A stretch of DNA of 61,710 nt, counting the filler, from Choristocarpus tenellus KU-1152 (Eukaryota > Protista > Phaeophyceae): NCBI GenBank assembly GCA_964200185.2. It is 13 parts of 13 records of this genome, joined end to end, with 100 filler letters (N's around TTAATTAATTAA, not from the genome) between each part and the next. Parts side by side here need not be neighbours in the genome. Positions count along the whole stretch, not along the records: positions 51,066 to 54,987 come from CAXNAD020017128.1; positions 55,088 to 58,831 come from CAXNAD020018190.1; positions 58,932 to 61,710 come from CAXNAD020024827.1; 10 more parts are not named here. One strand, given 5' to 3'. Below the pieces are notes generated by a model, which saw only the letters and a list, made by a program, of their open reading frames with translations, did not search any database and had not been told where the DNA came from. A program made the translations under genes and the position numbers. Of this stretch, positions 53,115-61,710 are shown in pieces; the first letter of the stretch is position 1, and each line of letters starts with the position of its first letter.

Positions 53115-54070
53115 GTAAAGAATTGAACAGAGAGTGGACAAGCTCAGAGATGGGCTGGGGATCTCTGGCAGAGACAAGGGAGCAGAATGTGCCATGAGGA
53201 AGTAATACACCTTAAACTAAATGCAACATATTGAGACAAAAGTCACTCTTGTAAGAAGCCATCTCAATTACTCTGTTAAAAATATTGTTGATTAATAAAA
53301 CAACGCTTGTGGTGGAATGTACTGCTGACACACACTAGTATTTGGAGTGTTCTGCAGCAACCAGCAAATATATGATGACTAGTCCGGTAACTGGAATTGT
53401 TCCTATGAGTACCGCTATCGTGTACAGCTCTTTTTAGGTAGCGACTACATGTCACATTACAGCATGCAGCAAGAGGAGTAGACTCGTGACTGGGGTATAT
53501 ATATGCTACAAGTAATATTCGATAGGACCTGTTTGAATGAAGTAGGTCCATACAGTACACACGTGTACATTCTACACACTAGAGCTCTCTACTCTTCATG
53601 AAATGTTTGTGACAATAACATACAATACTACGGTGACTTTTTCTGGAGTATTCAGTACCTTCACTGCATTTCAAAAGTGCTGACGATGGTCTGCTGATAG
53701 GCCAGTTGACTTGAGTGTTTGATATCTTGTAGATGACACAGGGATTTGGTGAAAAAGTGATGAGTCAAGCAGTTCAACCCTGTCATTTCTACAACATTGT
53801 TGAATCTCACAGAAGATCTGCACACACACCAGGCAGTAAATTGAAATCAGAATATCCCCACAAACATACACACAGTACGTTGTCCCATTCAAAACTCTCG
53901 CCATTCTTCACCCCATATTCAACATATAATTACTATTCGAAGACTATGTACAAAGTAGCATAGTGCTCTATATCGAATGTGTTGACTCTACATTGACCCA
54001 TCTTCTAGCTGCATGTTATTAAAAGTAGCGCATGAATATGCACCCCAAATCATTGCAAGGATAACCTCCA

Positions 54071-54199
54071 GGCTCAAAGTATCTGGGAGGGGGTGNNNNN
54101 NNNNNCGTCGGATGGATACTGTAAGTGCACTTTTCCTGCTTTTGGTCCAAATGGACCCCCTGGTGTAGACCCACCCCCCCCTCCCAGATACTTTGGGTC
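54071..54199 (-). mobile_element. MITE family B with TSD TCCA (spans the 10-N gap)
   Basis: TCCA|GGCTCAAAGTATCTGGG...CCCAGATACTTTGGGTC|TCCA. Confidence 0.9.
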
Positions 54200-54951
54200 T
54201 CCAATCATTTAAGAAACAGGCCACATTGATTTTGCTGGCTAAACTAACATATGATCCTCTTTACATGATGATCAGGAGCTGGGTCAAATATCAGCAGTCA
54301 TCCATACACCGACTCACTGTACTGTGCTTGATCCTTCTCAGGAATCTCAATTATGTGGCAGTACAGAAGCAAAAGTCTAGCACAGAAGTAGTGAGGATAT
54401 TTCAGCCAGAGTGACTTGAACAGAAAGGGAAACACCATCCCTAGCAGGTTGCTGAAACCCCTCTCTGATTTAGAGAGGATGTGTAAGTGGTCACATATCA
54501 AACAGGAACATGCATGAGCAACTTCTCAAACGATGACACAAAACAGAGTAATACAGTGCTCAAACTTCAAACTTTAATTAAATACTGCACATAAATTACG
54601 AGACAGTAGTAGTCAGTCATCCATCGAAAATAAGCAATTCTGATCCAGTACACTCATATTGGTTCTGGAATGTCCATTTCTTGGGAAACATCGTTTTGAC
54701 TTGTATACTATACTGAGCTGCAAATGACAGCAGCTTTGCAGATAGAACAGAAGGGACCTCTTATTGTCTACTCCAGACACAGGGAGTCTCAAACACTTGA
54801 AAATACTACTACTGCTATAATGATGGGTTTTCCTGCACCTCCTTACCTTTGCTATCATCTCAGTTTAATACAGTTATATATATACATTTCTCCCAATGGT
54901 TCCAAACCAACTGCAGCATGTGTGGTAACTAGAAAGAAGTTGAGCATGCAT

Positions 54952-54987
54952 GGGACAAAGTATCTGGGGGGGGGGGGTGTCGGCGTC
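54952..54987 (+). mobile_element. MITE family C end at a contig end
   Basis: GGGACAAAGTATCTGGGGG...GTGTCGGCGTC. Confidence 0.8.
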
Positions 54988-55087
54988 NNNNNNNNNNNNN
55001 NNNNNNNNNNNNNNNNNNNNNNNNNNNNNNNTTAATTAATTAANNNNNNNNNNNNNNNNNNNNNNNNNNNNNNNNNNNNNNNNNNNN

Positions 55088-55385
55088 CAAAAGGACACGC
55101 CATCTTTATGTATCATCATGATGGGGCAAAGTTACACACCAAGGGGGGGATCATGGAGGCAATCAAGGAGGCGGTGGGGGGGGGGGAATGACGACATTGT
55201 CATAGAGACCTAACCATCAACCCACCTGACCTTAACGCCAACAACCTAGGATTCTTTCATTCCACCCAGCAACTGAAGGAAGACTTGGGGGTGACCAACA
55301 CAGAGGAGCTGGTAGAAGCCACAATGGAGGACTTGGATGTGTACTCCTGGTAGACACTAGAGCACATCTGGCAGAGCAAATTGGT
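55088..55385 (+). mobile_element. Mariner transposase fragment
   Basis: HDGAKLHTKGGIMEAIKEAV...PDLNANNLGFFHSTQQLKEDLG; homologous to the copies at 14.4 kb and 51.2 kb. Confidence 0.85.
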
Positions 55386-55399
55386 CGTGGAACTCTGCT

Positions 55400-56150
55400 C
55401 CATGCAATGGAGAACAAGCAGACCGGAGAAAAGTAGGATGGAGATCATGGAGTACCCACTGTGTACACTCATGAGAACCCTAGCATGCAGGACTCAACAG
55501 GGTATTTGCCATATCCAACGATAGGGGCAACATGAAGCCACCACTGTGGACCAGAAGGTGGATAATGTGGTGCTAAAATTGGGAATGGTTGAGCTCATAC
55601 CAACGGATCCAAGGGGCCAGATTGGTGCTCTAACCTCCCAGGTTAACCAGGGCGGAAGTGGGGGGCAAGTCGCAGAACCAGGGGAGAATCATGAGCAAAA
55701 GTGTTGCAAAGCTTTAGTAAAATGTGGTGGTGGTAAAGGGCATGGATGCTTTGTGGGGGTGTATTGTGCCGCCTTCTACATCATTGAAGCGGATAGAGGG
55801 AGTATGAGGAGTAGAACAACTAACGATCATGTCAGAATTTGACTTTGCAAGTTTTGCCTTGCCAGTCAATTATCCCGTGACTGGTGCAAATAACATTGCA
55901 GCAATTTCCTCACACAAACACGCGATTGCATTTGTAAAAGTGCTGGAGATTGTAGTATCTTCTCATCTGCGTGAAGAAGTGCCAACAGCTCAGGTGACAG
56001 TGTTGATTACAGAGTTCAGGCACTCGAGTACAACCTAGGGAAGTATTGGGCACTGCATAAAACGATATTAGTAGTGCCACCTCTCATCGACTAGACTTCC
56101 TAAAAGGTGTTCCGTGTTCTGGATAAATTAAGACCTCAAGGCATGGATGA
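55400..56150 (-). pseudogene. Possible non-LTR (LINE) reverse transcriptase relic
   Basis: ELLALLHADE (about 55990-55960) resembles the LxYADD motif. Heavily degraded. Confidence 0.25.
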
Positions 56151-56178
56151 CGGAGGTGGACTGTCTGGTGGGAGAACT

Positions 56179-56439
56179 GAGTCAAAGTATCTTAGAGGGT
56201 AGAGCCGCGTCCATTTGGGGGCCAAAATGCAATGTTACAATTTTGACGTAATTTCGACTATCGTGTTCGTTAGGAGGTGTCAATATCCTTGTTCTGGACG
56301 CACTTCCTTTCATAACGTATACGTTTTACCTACTCCGAAACATTTTGGAGTAGGTAAAATGTCGTCAAAAACCCGTGGGAAGCCAAGTCCCAAATGGACA
56401 AACAGGGAACAAATCGTACCCTCTAGTATACTTTAACTC
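56179..56439 (+). mobile_element. MITE family A, complete (261 bp), TSD AACT
   Basis: AACT|GAGTCAAAGTATCTTAGAGGGTAG...GTACCCTCTAGTATACTTTAACTC|AACT. Confidence 0.95.
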
Positions 56440-58762
56440 AACTGCAATTAGACGTTTCCCGAGCCCCAACCTTAGCGGAGTGACCATCCATACCATCCAT
56501 TACAATGACACAGTTGGGAGGTCTGATGCACGAGGAGACAGGTTTACACAGTTCATTTGCACTGGCTGTCATGATAAATCTGTTTGAGAGCGAGATGGTC
56601 AAATCCAACAAGGGGAAAAAGAGAGATGGTGAATGGGGTGATGGTCAAGTAGGCATATCCAAAAGCCACTAACATGGGTGGCCTGCAGGGTCCAATAGAC
56701 ATGTGCTTATTCTGGGTCTCTCGAAGGCTGCAAGCATGAGGATCAATATCGATTTGCAAATAGCCACCAGGCAACCATAAAGATACCAGTGAACAAGGGG
56801 GGAGGGGGAGCAGGTAGCAAGCAGAACTGCCAACAGACAGTCCAGCAATTGCACCCTAGTCAGGTTACATGCCCCTCATTTCCCTCCACACCCTGCCCAC
56901 AGGCACAGGCTCTCCCTTCTTCATTTTAATTGACTGAACAAGTAGCATGGCTCAATAAAAACAATGGCAATTTATTGGCATTTTACTTCATTATGTGTGG
57001 TATCGAGGCAGAAACAATCCAGGCAAAACTATGTACACTATCTTCACAAGACTGTGGCACAATGGAATATCTCCACAAGTCATTTCAATATCAGATAGTG
57101 TCTGTCTTGGATGCTTTTCCTGAAAGGCAGAGGAATTTTCGAGGGGTGGAGAAACAAAGGGCGGGATGATGTGGATGGCATTAGTACTCTCTTACCATTT
57201 TCTCTGCCATGTCGCTGAAATATTGGCATGTGATGATACAGAGGTCAACCTGAGCTATTTATTTCATGTGTCACGGAGACATAGCCATATTCAAGGAAGG
57301 CGTGTAGATGCATGATGTAGCACACAACATTGCAGACTGTGTCGAGGTGCATTTCACGGATCCAAGGGTACCAGAATCGAGTGGGGGGCATGACGACAAG
57401 GGATGAAGGGGGAAGGAGAGATGACATCCAAGGTGGACGGTGAAGGAGGAGGAGTGGGTCTACTGCTTGAGCTCATGGATATACACCCAGAACTCCCTCT
57501 GGAGGCGCGCCATTCATGTCATATGCAGAAGGGGAAACGCTTTCCGTCTTCACCCAGAGTCACGGTACCTTTGCCCTCTGAAAAATGATTGCAGTGTGTG
57601 GTTTGAGACCTGGGCTGGTTACAAGGTTGGAAGCAATGGGTATACTGACAAATAGAACCCAACCGCCAGGACAACAGAAAAGTGATGCATTCAAGGTTTA
57701 CACGAGGAAGAATAGAAAGAAAGCAAGTGAGTTGTGTCTGCAACACTGAATGAGAAGATACAGGGAGAAGAGGCAAGGCAGTCAAGGCAAGCAACACAGT
57801 GGGGATACAGTGCAAAATATGGTAGACTTGAAACGTAGGTGGAGTAGATTAGACCCCAGAATGGTGGGTCGGTCAAACCCAGTGGTTTTATCGGGAAGTC
57901 TTGTAATATTGTTTTAGGAGGACTTCTCTCTTCCCTCTTGCCATTGCTTGTTTACAACTGCCACGGATTTCTCACTTTGAATAGAAATCCAAATCATGTG
58001 ACGAGAAAGAGGGACTGCTTTTTACTTTCCAATCTTTATGCCCATGAAATTGCAAATATCGTCTAGGCAAAGCTCCTACAAAATATCTGCTTCGAAGGTT
58101 GAAATTCACAGAACAATTCACAATTCACAATTCACATGCAAACCATCTCGCTGGAACAAACCAATCTGTGAACCAGCCCAGCACACACTAAAACCCAGCC
58201 TGATTGTTTCAAAAGACATGCTGCCCGCCTTGACCCGTAGACTGAGCCCACCAAAGCTGTTAAAGGCCCTGACCTAACCCCTTAACATATACTCTTACCA
58301 CACCAGCTCATGGTTCAGTCGTGTCAAATTAATCCGGTTCGGTGTGAAGCCTTGGGATAAGTCAACCAGAACAAAACATTCAACACACCTCAGACAACGT
58401 AACGTTTAATGCCTGCATCGTTGAAGAACGTTTAATCAAAACTTGGTCTATAACATCCTTTGACCAAGTGCAATGCTAAGGGGTCATTTGCTAGCCGCAC
58501 CTTCTGTTGTCAGAACAACAACGCATAGAGTCAATTGTTAAGTCCTATCCATCTTCCAGTACCACATTCAGCAACATTTGCCCAGAACAACAAGGTCTTT
58601 ATGTTTCCCAGAACAACAGCCTGGGGTCATTACCTCTGCAACGTCCTTCTGTTGTTGAGCAAACTCTCTTTATCCCTTGTCATGTGTCATTTTTCGTCCA
58701 GGATAGCAACAGTTGGGGCCATTCGCTCTGTAGCATCCATTATCGTCTACAACACGGGGACA

Positions 58763-58831
58763 GGGTCAAAGTATCTGAGGGGGAGGGAGTGACGGCATCC
58801 ATTTTTGACCCTGGCTCAAAGTATCTGGGGG
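58763..58831 (+). mobile_element. MITE family C end (58763-58812) interrupted by a family B TIR (58813-58831)
   Basis: GGGTCAAAGTATCTGAGGGGG...CATCCATTTTTGACCCT|GGCTCAAAGTATCTGGGGG. Confidence 0.75.
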
Positions 58832-58931
58832 NNNNNNNNNNNNNNNNNNNNNNNNNNNNNNNNNNNNNNNNNNNNTTAATTAATTAANNNNNNNNNNNNN
58901 NNNNNNNNNNNNNNNNNNNNNNNNNNNNNNN

Positions 58932-59259
58932 CCCAATAACGCCTGTCCCAGGTGGGGGTGGTGAAACGCCCTCCTTCTTCGTGCTGGCTCTGGTCCCTTT
59001 GAGCTGATTGAGGTTAATTTCGCTTCTGGCCCTTGTGATGTGGTCCACGGAGGGAAGGATTTGTGCACCAACCAGGCGTGCTACCCTCTCCATTACCAAC
59101 GGCTTCAATTTCAACAAAAAAAAAATTGTGAGTCACAAGTCAGGTAAGGGTTACCACCAAAAATGGGTGAGTGACAAGTCAGGTAAGGATTGGGACTGTG
59201 TAGCAAAAGTAAAATCATGATCATTACTATAAATAATACTCTACTATTATTGCTATTAC

Positions 59260-59290
<31 letters not shown>

Positions 59291-61634
59291 ATTTCAAAAA
59301 AAAACAAAAAAAACACACACACACTATTCAAACCACCTCTTATAAAAAAATGCCACGAGGAAGGGTACATATTCATCCCCTAACCCCGACCCTAATCCTT
59401 GAGTATATAAAATAATAATAATGAATGTCATCTCTGTCATTGTACAATCTCCTAATCACAAGAATCAATATCATTATTACTGTAATTAGTAGCTCCCTTT
59501 TGTCAGGAAACTTCTTCACTACCATTATCACAACATGCCAGGACAATCCAAGGCAGTAAATTGACTCAGCGCAGAAAAATGAACCAAAGGTTACTAACAA
59601 TGTCAAGGCAATTATTGAGTGTATGCGACAAACAAACAAAAGGAACAAAGAACAATAAATACTGAGGAAAAAAAAAAAAAAAATTAGCATGTTTCCTCAT
59701 TGGTTTTTGGCCAATAAAAAATCTGAAGACTGAGACATTGAGACACACTAACTAGAACAAGCAAATATACCCCCTCCCACACTCGGAAAAAAAAATATAT
59801 ATACAGATGCTCTAAAGAGTAAGCTTTCACTCAAAAATCAACAAACCTTCACGTTCTGCAACAGGACCACGCCATGTTTGCATAGCAACTCCTGCGCTCC
59901 TCTCCCAACGGTCTTGCCTACCAGGAGCACATCTGGCCTCAGGGCCACAATCTTGTCAACCAGGATCTGTTTTCATACACAATGAGGCGTAAGTGATAGT
60001 TCGAAGTCTGTACCTCTACTGCATCAGGGTGGACCAAAGAGTATACGGACACATGAAAGTGTAGCATGCACACGGACCAAAAAGGAGTGTTTAGCCTTAA
60101 CCCTAACCAATGGTTAGGTTGCACACAGACTAAAAGGGTGTGTTTAGCCTTAACCTTGTCAAGAGATATCCCAACAGGTCTCACTACATCAAGGACAACC
60201 CATCTTGGCACTTGTTGTTATGACACACCGCAGATACAATGAAAGGGTTAGGGTGTGCATCACACTTTGGAAACGTACGCCTCGACACAAACTAAAAAAA
60301 CCCTCAAGGTTCTTGGGATTACACAGCATCGTGTACACAAATTGAATGTAATACATACTTCAATGCCGTATGTAGAACGGTTCTTTTCATGTTGAATGGG
60401 CGTTTGGGGAGCTTGAAGGGGTTCGAATCGAATGCCCGTAAGTATAAGTTCATAAATATACATACATATATATATATGCACACATATATATTTATTTATA
60501 TAGCTCTGACTGATTATCAACACCATCTACACTTAATGGGATTCCCTTGCAACAGTATCTAAAGCACAGTAGTAATGCAGGCGGGGTCTGGAGCTTGGTT
60601 CACCCCTGTAGGACTGACCTCCCCAAGGTAAGTGTACCTACGGGTTCAGGGTTAGGGTATTGCGCATACTATTACAAGGTACATAATAGGGTACATAATA
60701 GGGTACTTCAAATCGCCTCCTTAAGGTAAGTGTACATATAGGTTCAGGGCTAGGGTATTGTGCATACTATTACAAGTTCATAATAGGGCACGTAATAGGG
60801 GACATAACAGGGCACTTCAAATCGTCAAGAGTCGTATCAAAAAAGACTAGAACTATTGCTAGGGTTAGGGATCCACTCAAAAAAAAAACATTACTTGGGT
60901 AGAAAGCTACAAATAAAAAAATAGTGGGTTGCATTTCAAAGCGTCAAGAGCAACGACAGTAACGTTAGGGATATTGCCAGGGTTAGGGATCCACTCAAAC
61001 CCTTCAAGCGTAGAAACTCAGAGACAAATAAAGGAGCCAGTTGCAACTAGGGCATTGAAATCCTCATCCTTTTTCAAGGGTGTTCATATAGGGGCTCCCA
61101 GAGTCCGACAGGGCACACCCCTCTTCCTGATGAATCAGAGATTCACGTAGGGCGGTTGACAGGTTGGTAGGACAACACCCAGAACAAAATGGTGTTCATC
61201 CCCAACTGTCCAATCAAAACCCAGCATGTCACAGGTGTTTTCGTTCACAGCTCGTAAGACATTGCTGCTGACCAAATGGCAAACCCATATCCCCTCACAA
61301 TTAATGACCAACCACTGGGGCACATGCCAGCAGAGTCCAACAAAAAAACCTCCCTGTTGTCTACAGAGCATCGTCCCCGTTGCAAGGGCCAAAAAAAACG
61401 CCTGCGTGCTCTAGGGTACATACAGAGTCCAAGTAAATCCTCCCTGTTGTCTACAGGGTCTTATCCCTGTGGTCACGGGTGGGAAACAAACACCTGTACA
61501 GGGTCGCTTGCTTGCTTGCCTGTATGTATCTCTCCTCCTGCTCCAGTAAGGTATCGAAGCAGGAGATTCTGCTATCGCTTCGCTGGAAGTCAATGCCACC
61601 TGAAAGCAGCAGGATCCGAGGATGTTCAATAGAC
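58932..61634 (-). CDS. FAB1: FAB1/PIKfyve PI3P 5-kinase, CCT/chaperonin-like domain; three internal exons
   Basis: Exons 61634-61520 (SIEHPRILLLSGGIDFQRSDSRISCFDTLLEQEERYIQ), 59966-59847 (ILVDKIVALRPDVLLVGKTVGRGAQELLCKHGVVLLQNVK) and 59102-<58932 (PLVMERVARLVGAQILPSVDHI). Confidence 0.9.
60626..60825. repeat. Imperfect intronic tandem duplication, about 100 bp x2, with internal 12-bp subrepeats
   Basis: AAGGTAAGTGTAC...GGTTCAGGG(T/C)TAGGGTATTG...CATACTATTACAAG...ACTTCAAATCG occurs twice. Confidence 0.8.
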
Positions 61635-61710
61635 CTAAAGCAAACGAAAAAAAGGGGGGGGGGGGGGGGGAAAAGGGGGGAGAGGGAAGGGGGGGGGGGG
61701 GGGGGGGAAG

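Noticed and set aside
57375-57564. Possible exon (MKGEGEM...SPRVT|GTACCT)
   Set aside because: No clear acceptor, partner exon or domain; insufficient support.

Overview
This is eukaryotic, intron-rich genomic DNA. By inference it is a plastid-bearing stramenopile, plausibly a brown alga or relative. It is not one locus: it is 13 unrelated contigs joined by 12 artificial 100-nt spacers (N44-TTAATTAATTAA-N44). By reading splice sites by hand I could reconstruct parts of about ten host genes: a nuclear SecA, a VASt-domain membrane protein, an SRP40/Nopp140 nucleolar protein, an LRR protein, an ankyrin protein, a TBC/Rab-GAP exon, AP-4 epsilon head-to-head with a TFIIB-like gene, FAB1/PIKfyve (with a GC-AG intron) and a Ser-rich unknown. 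The rest is dominated by transposon material. There are about 23 copies of three related MITE families that share a G..(C/G)AAAGTATCT terminal core and make 4-bp TSDs, and a decayed Sola2-type transposase that is their best candidate driver. There are also four copies of a plant-mariner-like element (one with both TIRs), a Ty1/copia 3' end, and weaker CxC/KDZ-like and LINE-like relics. The most notable signals are this Sola2-like MITE system and the repeated CpG to TpG/CpA decay across repeat copies, which suggests CpG methylation. No CRISPR array, rRNA, tRNA or Fanzor/TnpB was recognisable. All homology calls come from motif recognition by eye; no searches were run.
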